A stretch of DNA of 50,741 nt from a virus (taxonomy: Duplodnaviria; Caudoviricetes), in the IMG/VR virus record IMGVR_UViG_3300032295_002749, positions 1 to 50,741 of that record. One strand, 5' to 3'. Made by a program: the position numbers and the translations under genes. Positions 1-10,300 of the stretch are shown piece by piece (position 1 is the first letter of the stretch; each line of letters starts with the position of its first letter). Below the pieces are notes generated by a model. It saw only the letters and a program-made list of their open reading frames with translations. It was not told the origin of the DNA and did not search any database.

Positions 1-49
1 ATTTAGTTGGTAAAATACTTGAGTATGAATATGGAAAGTAGCATCTAAC

Positions 50-57
50 ATATTTAT
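50..57 (+). promoter_or_regulatory. ATATTTAT motif, putative phage late promoter
   Basis: Same octamer recurs in at least 16 intergenic gaps just upstream of + strand starts; here 19 nt before ATG 77. Confidence 0.6.
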
Positions 58-76
58 ACGTGTTAAATACTACTTA

Positions 77-1228
77 ATGGCTAATATCGCAATCTGGAAC
101 GGTACATCAAATTTTACTACTGGGTCAACCCCATTTGGGTTCTATGATACTGATGCTGACTTTTCAGCGTCAGCTGATGACGTAGCAAAATGGTGTGCCA
201 CTCGTTTAGGTTATCCTGTAGTTGAAATTGAATTACAATCAGGTTCATTTTATGCTGCTTTTGAAGAAGCAGTTACTACATATGGTAATGAAGTTTATCA
301 ATGGAAAATACGTGAGAATTATCTTAATTTAGAAGGTAGTACAACTGGTTCTAATTTAAGTAATAAATTAGTTACCCCAAATATGGGTAATATAATTCGT
401 ATTTCTGAAATGTATGCTTCTGAAGCAGGAACAGGTGGAACTATTAATATATATACTGGTTCTGTTGATACAATTTCTGGTGTGCAAGACTATGATTTAC
501 AAGCAGCAATCTCTTCTTCTGGTGTAACCGGTTCTATTGAAATTAAAAGAGTATTCTATGAATCACCACCGGCAATTATAAGATATTTTGATCCGTACGC
601 AGGTACAGGTACTGGTATTCAATCATTACTTGAAACATTTGGATTTGGTCAATTCTCTCCTGGTATTAACTTCTTATTAATGCCAATTTATTTTGACGTA
701 CAGAAAATTCAAGCAATTGAATTTAATGATCAAATAAGAAAATCAGCATATTCATTTGATTTAGTAAATAATAAATTAAGAATATTCCCTATTCCAACTA
801 GTACAGCATATGCTCATAGAATATTTTTCCACTATATACTAACTGATGAAAGAAATAACCCAGTAGTTGATGGTAGAGGAAATATAGTTACTAATGTATC
901 TAATGTACCTTACCAAAACCCAATCTACGCTCAAATAAATTCAGTTGGTAAACAATGGATTAGGCAATATGCTTTAGCATTAGCTAAAGAAACTTTAGCA
1001 TACATTAGAGGAAAATACTCACAAATCCCTATTCCAGGTGCTGAAGTAACCTTAAATCAATCTGATTTATTAGCTGATGCTAGATCAGAAAAGCAAGCAT
1101 TGTTAGAACAACTTCGTGCTATGTTAGATGTAACATCTCGTAAAGCACAGCTTGAACAACAAGCAAATGAAGTTGATTTTCTACAAAAGCAATTAAATAG
1201 TGTACCACTCCCAATTTATATTTTTTAA
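77..1228 (+). CDS. Neck / head-completion protein, T4 gp13-like
   Basis: 383 aa; N-terminal RLGYPVVEIEL and C-terminal WIRQYALALAKETLAYIRGKYSQIPIPGAEVTLN..L...A..E...L match the gp13 neck pattern; upstream of gp14/gp15-like genes. Confidence 0.75.
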   Translation: MANIAIWNGTSNFTTGSTPFGFYDTDADFSASADDVAKWCATRLGYPVVEIELQSGSFYAAFEEAVTTYGNEVYQWKIRENYLNLEGSTTGSNLSNKLVTPNMGNIIRISEMYASEAGTGGTINIYTGSVDTISGVQDYDLQAAISSSGVTGSIEIKRVFYESPPAIIRYFDPYAGTGTGIQSLLETFGFGQFSPGINFLLMPIYFDVQKIQAIEFNDQIRKSAYSFDLVNNKLRIFPIPTSTAYAHRIFFHYILTDERNNPVVDGRGNIVTNVSNVPYQNPIYAQINSVGKQWIRQYALALAKETLAYIRGKYSQIPIPGAEVTLNQSDLLADARSEKQALLEQLRAMLDVTSRKAQLEQQANEVDFLQKQLNSVPLPIYIF

Positions 1229-1569
1229 TGATATCATTTAGTAGAATATTATTACAAGAAGGAATCACAATATTCAGATGTGATGTTTTAATTAAAACTG
1301 AAGCCCAACAAAATAAGGTAGAAGTTTATAATGAGATTAGAGCATTAGACGGAGTTGTAACGGTGAATATTGAACAAAGTGATTTCTTAGATAATAAAGC
1401 AACAGATAGATATGAATATTCTCTACTTAGAATGAAATATATTGGTAGAGGAGATGCAAAATCATCAATTAAAGACATTGGTATAAATGCAGTAACTAAG
1501 AATAAAGTTCCTGGTTTGCTTCAATTTATACCTCGTTATCCAACAATTATTAAAGTGGGATCATACTAA
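1228..1569 (+). CDS. Hypothetical protein with MISFSRILLQE N-terminus (possible internal head protein)
   Basis: 113 aa ORF coupled by TAATG overlaps on both sides. Confidence 0.6.
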   Translation: MISFSRILLQEGITIFRCDVLIKTEAQQNKVEVYNEIRALDGVVTVNIEQSDFLDNKATDRYEYSLLRMKYIGRGDAKSSIKDIGINAVTKNKVPGLLQFIPRYPTIIKVGSY

Positions 1570-2108
1570 TGAGTTTATTCGGTACATCTAGAGATGCTAG
1601 TTTAATTAGACATATTAACCGCGAGTTAATCAATAACATTATTGAACAACAAGTTGGTTATTATAAAATTAGTTTAGAAAAAACTAAAACTAACGTGTAT
1701 GGTGAAGCAAACGGTACTAAAATATTCTATGACCCTGTTTTAGTAAATTGCTTAATAGAAGTAAATGCTCAAACATGGGTTACTGATAGTACAGGTCCTG
1801 ATGTTAATCGTGATTTAACTTTTAGATTTTTAAGAGACGATTTAGCAGGTCTTAACTTATCAATCGAACAACCAGAGGGAGGAAAAGGATTCCAATATGG
1901 CATCTATCCAGAAGTAGGAGATATATTATTATGGAATAATGATTACTATGAACTAGATTCAGTAGTAGAAAATGATTATTTTGTAGGTAAAGATCCAAGT
2001 TATTCATATTCAACTGATAATGATGATTTTGGTCTTTCTATTTCAATTATATGTAAAGGACATTTTACACGCGCCGAAAAACTAGGTATAACTCAAGATA
2101 GATTATAA
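1569..2108 (+). CDS. Neck / head-closure protein, T4 gp14-like
   Basis: 179 aa; NVYGEA, PEVGDILLWNNDYYELDSV motifs typical of gp14-like proteins; synteny with gp13 and gp15. Confidence 0.65.
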   Translation: MSLFGTSRDASLIRHINRELINNIIEQQVGYYKISLEKTKTNVYGEANGTKIFYDPVLVNCLIEVNAQTWVTDSTGPDVNRDLTFRFLRDDLAGLNLSIEQPEGGKGFQYGIYPEVGDILLWNNDYYELDSVVENDYFVGKDPSYSYSTDNDDFGLSISIICKGHFTRAEKLGITQDRL

Positions 2109-2109
2109 T

Positions 2110-2472
2110 ATGAAACTAACAGATATTTTAAAAGAACTAAATGAGGAGAGACAACCAGGAAAAGAAATAACTGTTGCCGATCTTACTCCTGAGGAATTGC
2201 GTAAGCTATTTAAAGATGGATCAATACTAGTTCCAATAGATGATCCTTCCCGCCCAGGATCTAGTTCATCTCAGGTAATTAATTTACCTAAAATGGACCA
2301 AATTAAAAAAGATATAATTAAAAGTAAACAAGAATATGATATGTTTACTTTCTACCCAGATGATGATATTAAAATGATAGCAAGGGAAATCAACAAACTT
2401 TATAATAGGCTTTATAGAGCAATGAATGCTCTTGATAAAACTATTGAACTTAAAAAAAGCGGTAGAATATAA
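2110..2472 (+). CDS. Hypothetical protein with MKLTDILKE N-terminus (possible internal head protein)
   Basis: 120 aa, helical and charged; coupled to the next gene by TAATG. Confidence 0.6.
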   Translation: MKLTDILKELNEERQPGKEITVADLTPEELRKLFKDGSILVPIDDPSRPGSSSSQVINLPKMDQIKKDIIKSKQEYDMFTFYPDDDIKMIAREINKLYNRLYRAMNALDKTIELKKSGRI

Positions 2473-3749
2473 TGCCACGTGATTTAAAACCCATACCACG
2501 TAATATAGTTCAAGTTGAACAATCTCAAATTGAAGCATACATTACAAATGTAGGTAAACCTTCTAGTGAAGAAGGTACGGTTTTTTCACAAAATAGAGGT
2601 CGAGATGTATCTCGTAAAAATGATAAAATAAAAGATATATCTATTGGATTATTAGATATAGATGAAGCAATACAATATTATTTTGATAACACAATTCAAC
2701 CTAGTGTTATACAAAATGGAGTTAGAATAAAAGTTCCTGTAATATATGGTGATGCTGAAAAGTGGAAACTAATTCAAAATGATGGATTTTACCGTGATCA
2801 TAACGGTAAGATAATGGCTCCCATAATCATGTATAAACGTACTAGTGTTGAAAAAAATAGAACATTAGGTAATAAATTAGATGGTAACGAAGCACATTTA
2901 TTTAATGTGTTTGAAACAAGATACAATAAAAAAAATTTCTACAATAAATTTGACATACTAACGAACACAATACCTGCTAAACAATACTATGTATCTGTAG
3001 TCCCAGATTATGTTACTGTAACATATGAATGTGTTTTATTTACAAATTTTGTAGAACAAAATAATAAATTGATTGAAGCAATTGAATTTGCTTCTGATGC
3101 ATATTGGGGTAATTTTAAAAAATTTCATTTTAGAACTAAAATAGATACATTTACTGTTGCTAATCTTATTGAACAAGATGGTGATAGAGTAGCAAAAACT
3201 AATTTTACAATATCTTTAAATGGTTATTTAATAGCGGATAGTATAAATGCTAAAGCTGCAGCTACAAATATGTTCTATTCACCATCACAAGTTGTATTTG
3301 GTGTTGAAGTTGTAGGTAATGCTAATGAAACATTTGTAGCAAGTTCTCAAATTGCCGCTTCTCAAGGAGCAGGAAATACATCGTTTGTTGGAGGTGGTGC
3401 TAATATTAGCAATATTACCAATAATAATACTACTAATATAACAGTAATATCTGGAAGTCTAATTGATGGAAGTTATCTAAATATAAACGTAACAAAAATT
3501 GCAAACACAGTAACAGCAAATACAGCAATATTTACAGGAGCCTCAGTTGCACAACCAACATCAGGATCCTTACTTCCACCAACATCTGTTTCTAATTTTT
3601 ATTTCTACATAAATGGTCAAAATATACCATCATCATATGTAACATTGGATTCTGGTAGTGGAAATGTAACGCTTACATTTAATACTGCCTCTATAGGATA
3701 TTCATTAATTTCTACTGATGAAGTTGCAGCAGTAGGTAAATTCAATTAA
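2472..3749 (+). CDS. Tail terminator / sheath stabiliser, T4 gp15-like, with ~150-aa C-terminal beta-rich extension
   Basis: KVPVIYG..EKW, PIIMYKRT, VPDYVTVTYE...T..VEQ.N.LIE, F...LNGYL motifs; Ser/Thr/Asn-rich extension after about residue 280. Confidence 0.7.
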   Translation: MPRDLKPIPRNIVQVEQSQIEAYITNVGKPSSEEGTVFSQNRGRDVSRKNDKIKDISIGLLDIDEAIQYYFDNTIQPSVIQNGVRIKVPVIYGDAEKWKLIQNDGFYRDHNGKIMAPIIMYKRTSVEKNRTLGNKLDGNEAHLFNVFETRYNKKNFYNKFDILTNTIPAKQYYVSVVPDYVTVTYECVLFTNFVEQNNKLIEAIEFASDAYWGNFKKFHFRTKIDTFTVANLIEQDGDRVAKTNFTISLNGYLIADSINAKAAATNMFYSPSQVVFGVEVVGNANETFVASSQIAASQGAGNTSFVGGGANISNITNNNTTNITVISGSLIDGSYLNINVTKIANTVTANTAIFTGASVAQPTSGSLLPPTSVSNFYFYINGQNIPSSYVTLDSGSGNVTLTFNTASIGYSLISTDEVAAVGKFN

Positions 3750-3751
3750 TA

Positions 3752-3940
3752 ATGGCTCGTTTAAGACTAGAACAAATATTATCTAATTTATCTTATAATA
3801 GTACTAATAATAACCTTATAATATCAGGTTCAGCAGAAGTCGTTTCTACTCCAACTCAAACAGGTTCGTTTACAATTCAAGGTATTGATTCATTTGGTGA
3901 CAGTGGTAGTTTTAATACGCTAGACCTAGGTGATTATTAA
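3752..3940 (+). CDS. Small virion protein (62 aa)
   Basis: In-operon ORF carrying SGS/TGS motifs; ends LDLGDY, similar to the IDGGLY end of the next gene. Confidence 0.6.
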   Translation: MARLRLEQILSNLSYNSTNNNLIISGSAEVVSTPTQTGSFTIQGIDSFGDSGSFNTLDLGDY

Positions 3941-3948
3941 ATATTTAT
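3941..3948 (+). promoter_or_regulatory. ATATTTAT motif
   Basis: Intergenic, 26 nt before ATG 3975. Confidence 0.6.
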
Positions 3949-3974
3949 AGGTAATTAACCCCTATAGATAGAGT

Positions 3975-6389
3975 ATGCCCTTTAATATTATATTAAAAAA
4001 TAGTTCTACACCTGGACAAGTTCCTGCTTCTTACACTATAGAACTGGGTGAATTAGCACTTAATACCTACGATGGTAAGGTATACTTAAAAAAAGAAGTC
4101 AATGGTGTTCAAACAGTTGTTGAAGTAGCAGGTGATGCCTTACGCAGCTTATCTATAGCCTCATTAAATGGATTTGCGGGTAGTACCACTAGTACTACTA
4201 CTCCTACAATTACACTTTCCACCACAGTTTCTGGGATTATTAAAGGAGATGGCACCTCATTATTAGCTGCTACTCCTGGAACTGATTATTTAACACCAAC
4301 AGAAGGTACTGCATCTTGGGCTTTAAATGTAGTAGGAGCAGGGGGGATTTCATCTTCATACGCGGCAACTGCTAGTTACGCTATTTTATCCCAAACATCT
4401 ACTACAGCAAATATAGCAACTTATGCTATTGATGCGGGTCATGCTATTAGCTCGAGCCGTGCTATTAGTGCTTCGTTTGCTAATATAGCAGCAATAGCCC
4501 TATCTGCCCCTTCCTCAGTATCTGCTTCATATGCACTGAATGCTGGAGGTGCAGTTAGTGCATCTTATGTTTTATTAGCAACTAGTGCATCTTATGCCTT
4601 AAATGCAGGTAATGCTAATGTTGCTTTAAGAGCAAATACAGCAGGTATTGCAACTTCATCTTTGTTTGCAAACACAGCTACTAATGCTACTAGTGCTTCC
4701 TACGCTACTAACGCAGGAACTGCTATTAGCGCTTCATTTGCTACAACAGCTATAAATACTTCTACAGCAATTAGTGCTTCTTTTGCAACTAATGCTCAAA
4801 ATACAACAACAGCATCTTATGCTGTTAATGCTAATTTATCTAATTTAGCTCTTATAGCTAATAACGCTTTAACAGCAGATGTAGCAACTACTGCTAACAC
4901 AGCTAGTTTTGTTAGTACTGCTTCGTTTGCTAATAATTCAATTTCTGCTTCATATTCTATAACAGCATCTTATACTAGAAATGCTGTTAGTGCATCATAT
5001 ATTCTGCAAGCTATTAGTGCATCACACGCTGTAGGTGCTGAAACTGCTATTACTGCTGATAGAGCCTCTACTGCTGGTATAGCTACATCTTCTTTATTTG
5101 CAGACAGGGCAACTATTGCTACTAATGCTTCATTCGCAACTAGATCAACTACAGCTGATACTGCTTCTTATGTAGCTACTGTTAAAAATGCTGATACTGC
5201 ATCATATATACTTTTAGCTAATAGTGCATCATATGCATTAAATGCTCTAAATACAATTAATTCTGTTCATGCTATTACTGCTGGTATCGCAACATCATCA
5301 TTATTTGCTACAACAGCTAATAGTGCTATTAGTGCATCATACGCTGCAAATGCTACTGCTGCTGCTACTGCTTCATATGTTTTATTAGCACAAAGTGCAA
5401 ATACAGCATCATATGTTTTACTAGCACAAAGTGCATCTTATGCTTCTTTTTCTAACATAGCAAATAATGCTACTAGAGCAACTACAGCAGGAACAGCAAC
5501 ATCTTCTTTGTTTGCTAATACTGCTACAACGGCTACTAGTGCTGCTTATGCAACTAATACTCAAGATGCGGTTTCTGCTTCATTTGCTATAACATCAATT
5601 AATTCTACTAATGCTATTACAGCCTCATACGTTGAAAGAACAGCTAGAGCTACTACAGCCTCTTACGCTTTTCGTACAGATGTAGCTAATTTAGCATATA
5701 ATGCTGATTCATCATCTCATGCTTTAAGAGCATTAAATGCTGTTAATGCTGATTTTGCTACTAGAGCAAGTCTTACAAATAGTGCATTATCTGCTTCTCA
5801 AGCAGAGGTAGCAATATATGCTAGAAATGCAGCTAATGCTGATAGCGCTACTTCTGCTAGCTATGCATTAACAGCTTCTTATATAGAAGGAGGTGGAGGT
5901 GGTGGTGGTACCCCAGGAGGAATAAATACTCAAATACAATACAACAATGCTGGGTTATTTGAAGGAGTTCCTATATTAACATATGATGGACTTACTTTAA
6001 AAGGAACTGGATCTTTTTCAGGTTCACTAACAGGAACTTCTAGTTGGGCTGCTAATGCTTTAACAGCATCATCAGCAGACGACTTTATTATTAGAGCAGA
6101 TGCATTTGAATTTACTGGATCTGTTGCAATAACAGGGTCAACTATTATAACAGGCTCTTTAGATGTAAGTGGTAGTATAATTGGATCATTATATGGAACC
6201 TCTAGCTGGGCCGTATCAGCATCATGGGCACCTACTCCAACCCAATCAGGTACGGCCTCATTTGTAACTTCATCAAATGTTTGGGGCCCTTTTGGAGCAG
6301 ATAGTATATTAAGTTCATCATATGCTAGTGGATCTACTAGCGCATCATATTCATTAACAGCAAGTTTTATAGACGGAGGACTCTACTAA
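3975..6389 (+). CDS. Fibre-like virion protein with GELALNTYDGK anchor domain and long Ala/Ser/Thr (SASYA/TASFA) repeat shaft
   Basis: 804 aa; N-terminus ILKNSSTPGQVP...GELALNTYDGKVY; about 520 aa of degenerate SAS/TAS repeats; GGGGGGGTPGG.NTQIQYNN module. Confidence 0.75.
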   Translation: MPFNIILKNSSTPGQVPASYTIELGELALNTYDGKVYLKKEVNGVQTVVEVAGDALRSLSIASLNGFAGSTTSTTTPTITLSTTVSGIIKGDGTSLLAATPGTDYLTPTEGTASWALNVVGAGGISSSYAATASYAILSQTSTTANIATYAIDAGHAISSSRAISASFANIAAIALSAPSSVSASYALNAGGAVSASYVLLATSASYALNAGNANVALRANTAGIATSSLFANTATNATSASYATNAGTAISASFATTAINTSTAISASFATNAQNTTTASYAVNANLSNLALIANNALTADVATTANTASFVSTASFANNSISASYSITASYTRNAVSASYILQAISASHAVGAETAITADRASTAGIATSSLFADRATIATNASFATRSTTADTASYVATVKNADTASYILLANSASYALNALNTINSVHAITAGIATSSLFATTANSAISASYAANATAAATASYVLLAQSANTASYVLLAQSASYASFSNIANNATRATTAGTATSSLFANTATTATSAAYATNTQDAVSASFAITSINSTNAITASYVERTARATTASYAFRTDVANLAYNADSSSHALRALNAVNADFATRASLTNSALSASQAEVAIYARNAANADSATSASYALTASYIEGGGGGGGTPGGINTQIQYNNAGLFEGVPILTYDGLTLKGTGSFSGSLTGTSSWAANALTASSADDFIIRADAFEFTGSVAITGSTIITGSLDVSGSIIGSLYGTSSWAVSASWAPTPTQSGTASFVTSSNVWGPFGADSILSSSYASGSTSASYSLTASFIDGGLY

Positions 6390-7303
6390 TGCCAGGACGA
6401 TTTAGATACATAACAGGAAATAACATTTCTAGATTTAGAGTAGTAACAGGTAACGGAAGAGGAAATTTTTATAATAGTACACCTACAACTACTACTACAT
6501 CAACAACAACCACTACAACAACTGGAGTTCAAGTATGGTATACTCTTGAAAGATGTGATAATTTAGTTATAAATTATTCCATTAATTACAATACAGGAAC
6601 TTTTAATATTAATGATATAGTATCTTATGGTACTGGTGGTAGTATTTTATATTTTAGAGTAACAGCTACAAATTCTTCCAACCCTGGAGGAACTCAATGG
6701 GCTGTTTCCGCAACTGGACTTGGATCTTGTCCTACAACCACAACTACTACTACAACTACTACATTAGCCCCAATTACATTTACAGCTACACCAAGTTGTA
6801 ATGGATCAACAGCACAAATAGTAGTAAATAATTTTGCTGGTGGTACGGGTACTTATAGCTGGATTGCTAGTGGTTCTTCTGAACCTAATGTTATGAATGC
6901 TGTTAACGGAGTTGGTGGAACAAGATTTAGTCTAACTGGTTTAACATCATATACATTTACTAATTTAGCAGTTAATACTAACTTCTATATAGCCATGTCA
7001 GATTCAAATGGAACTGATTCAGCTCCTGTACTAGTAACTACTCCTACAGCTTGTACTACTACAACTAGTACTACTACAACCACTACAACAGCAGCACCTA
7101 CATACCCAAGATGGTCAGTTACAGCTTGCCCTGGTTCTACACAAGGAGCCACAGTTGTAGCAGTAGGATTAGAAGTAGGATCTGTATATTCTGGACCTAA
7201 TGGATGTTTCACAGTCAATTCTGCTTTTGGAACCTCAACTAGCTCCCCAGGTACTTATACTCTTGTTGCAAATTGTAGCGCAGCTCAATGTCCTCAAGTT
7301 TAA
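6389..7303 (+). CDS. Cys-containing adhesin-like virion protein with poly-Thr linkers
   Basis: 304 aa; three poly-Thr tracts separate three small Cys-bounded beta domains; the middle one is SprB-repeat-like. Confidence 0.65.
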   Translation: MPGRFRYITGNNISRFRVVTGNGRGNFYNSTPTTTTTSTTTTTTTGVQVWYTLERCDNLVINYSINYNTGTFNINDIVSYGTGGSILYFRVTATNSSNPGGTQWAVSATGLGSCPTTTTTTTTTTLAPITFTATPSCNGSTAQIVVNNFAGGTGTYSWIASGSSEPNVMNAVNGVGGTRFSLTGLTSYTFTNLAVNTNFYIAMSDSNGTDSAPVLVTTPTACTTTTSTTTTTTTAAPTYPRWSVTACPGSTQGATVVAVGLEVGSVYSGPNGCFTVNSAFGTSTSSPGTYTLVANCSAAQCPQV

Positions 7304-7331
7304 TCTTAAATTAAAATGGCTCAATACCAAA

Positions 7332-7339
7332 ATATTTAT
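7332..7339 (+). promoter_or_regulatory. ATATTTAT motif
   Basis: Intergenic, 5 nt before ATG 7345. Confidence 0.5.
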
Positions 7340-7344
7340 TGAAT

Positions 7345-10300
7345 ATGCCAGATAAAATACTACATAAAAGAAGTTATACTCTCGGTTCTAAACCAACAAC
7401 ATCTAATTTAGATGCATTAGGTGAAATAGCAATTAACGTTAATGATGGTAAAGCCTTTTTACGAAAATCAGGCAGTGGAGTAGATACTATATCAGAATTT
7501 ATTATTACTAATACCGTTAATACGGGTTCTATTAATTTATCTGGCTCAATTATAGTAACTGGAAGTCTAGAAGTAAGTGAAATAATAAGATTAAGTACTA
7601 GTGTACATCTTTTATCAAACGGAACTAGCTTTCTAAATGGAGGGAATGTTGGTATAGGTACAACATCTCCTTTGTCAAAATTAGATGTTAATGGATTAAT
7701 AATTGGAGGAACCAGTTCATCAGTTGATGGAAATGCAATATTAGTAGGAAAATATTTCCCTAATCTAGGACATTTAACCACTTTTGGAAGTAACCAATCT
7801 TCAGGAGGACCTGTAATTGGGTATGCTATATATCCTAGTAGTTCTTTTAATAATTTTATTTCATCTATAACATCATCTGTATCAGCAGCTAGATCAGCAT
7901 TTGTTGCTGATAGTACATTTAGGTGGTATACTGGAGCTTCTCAAGACCTAAATATAGGGGTTTCTGCTTCTCTAAGCCAGAAAATGATTTTAGACAACAC
8001 TGGAAATCTCGGTGTGGGGGTTACAATTCCTACTGTTCGCCTTCATGTGTCTGGTGATACAACATTATCTGGTTCTTTACGAGTAACGGGTAGTGCAGCC
8101 TTAACAGGTAGTTTAGGAATATTAGGTACAGTAAGTGCATCTTCATTTACTGGGTCCTACACAGGCTCTTTTACAGGATCATATACTGGTTCTCTAACAG
8201 GCTCTTTATTAGGTACTGCAAGTTGGGCAGGAAATGCTTTAACTGCTTCATCTGCTAATGATTTTATAATTAGAGCAGATGCTTTTGATTTTACAGGATC
8301 TATTAATGTTACTGGTTCTATTACTCTTACTGGGTCTTTAAATGCTCCAACAATTACGGGATCATTATTAGGAACTTCATCATGGGCTATAAGCGCATCA
8401 TTCACAGCATTTGCTAGAAGTGCATCATATGCTTCCGGCTCAACTAGTGCCTCGTTTGCTACAAGTGCATCATTTACCGCATTTGCTATAAGTGCTTCCT
8501 ATGCTAGTGGCTCTACAAGTGCCTCGTTTGCTACAAGTGCTTCATTTGCATCAACAGCGTCGTCTGCTGATAACTTTACTGTAAGAGGCACATTAACCGC
8601 TCAAACAATAGTTGCTCAAACTATTACATCATCAATTAATTTTGTTACTGGTTCTACTCGCTTCGGCAGTTTAATATCTAATACACATCAATTTACTGGT
8701 AGTGTTAGTATAACTGGTAGTTTAAATGTTATTGGTGCTGGAATAACAGGATCACACACAGGTTCTTTTACAGGATCATTAATAGGTACTGCGTCGTGGG
8801 CACAAAGTGCATCTAGAGCTATTACAGCATCATATGCTGATAATTCTAATTTATTAGATGGACTAGATTCAACTGTATTTGTACTAACTAGTTCATTTAA
8901 TACTTATACATCCTCAATAAATTCATTTAGTGCATCTATATTATCGTATACTGCATCACTGAATGCTAAAACATCCTCATTTGCAACCACAGGTTCTAAC
9001 TCATTTAATGGTAATCAAACCATAACTGGTTCTGTTATAATGTCTGGATCTGCAGGTATTGAATTAACAGTGGTGGGAGATCAAGTTAATACTGGTTCTT
9101 TACGAGTAACAGGTAGTGCAACCTTAACTGGTAGTTTAAATATATTAGGAGCTGTTAGTGCTTCCTCATTTACAGGTTCATATACAGGATCATTTACTGG
9201 TTCTCTATTAGGAACTGCAAGTTGGGCACAAAGTGCATCAAACGCAGTTACTGCCGCCTTTGCTTCAAATGCCACTTTATTTGATGGGTTAGACAGTACT
9301 ATATTTGCAACTACAGGATCAAATACATTTAGAGGTAATCAATTAATTTCTGGATCTTTACGAGTAACAGGTAGTGTAATTTTAACTGGCAGTCTAAATA
9401 TAACAGGCTCTGGCGCAACCATGGTACGAATTGAATCCCAGGATGGTTCAGATAGTTACCCAACACTCTATATTGAAGGTAACAAAACTGGGAGTACTCC
9501 AGCTACAGCTACTCTTATAGAATTAAGATCAAATACTGATGTCAGAGCCAGAGGTATTCATATGACTACTGCAGACTCTAATATTAGATGGTTTGCTGGC
9601 ATGGCTTATAATGGGGGTACTACTAGTGGATATCAAATAGGATATGATCCAACAACAAATGGTTTACCATATTATGCTCAAAGTGCTTCTTTATTTATTG
9701 ATAATTCTAGAAGAGTAGGTATAGGTACTACAACACCAAGAGATGCGCTAGATGTTGTTGGAAGTATAATCTTAAGAAGTGGATATAATCTTAGTTGGGG
9801 AAATACATACGGAGCTGGAGTACCAACAATCGTTGGAGTATCAGGATCGAATGCTGGTATATCATTTTATCCTGCTGGTAGTACATCAGGTATAAAAGTT
9901 CTAATAAATAATACTGGAAATGTTGGTATAGGAACTACAACACCAACAACAGGTAAAGTACAAATTGATACAATTACAGCAAATAATAATGCTATAACAC
10001 TTCAAGCATCTACTCAGACTTCAATAACATATGGTTTAGGTATAGATGCAAGTAGTAATTTTGCCATTTATGATAATTTTTCTACTGCGCAGAGAGTAAC
10101 AATGAATGGTAGTGGTAATGTTGGTATAAATACTACAAACCCATTTACTAAATTACAAGTATCAGGAAGTCTATCTCAAAAGAATGGAAATGTTACTGAA
10201 TATAAAAATGTTGTTAATTATGCATTAAATGGTACTGGAACAGGAGGATATTTAATTAAAACGCCATTTCTTATAGGTACCTCATTTGAAATGGTAATAA

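Noticed and set aside
7316-7342. Mini-ORF MAQYQNIY upstream of the S74 fibre
   Set aside because: Only 8 codons, out of frame with the fibre and overlapping the ATATTTAT motif; no evidence of translation.
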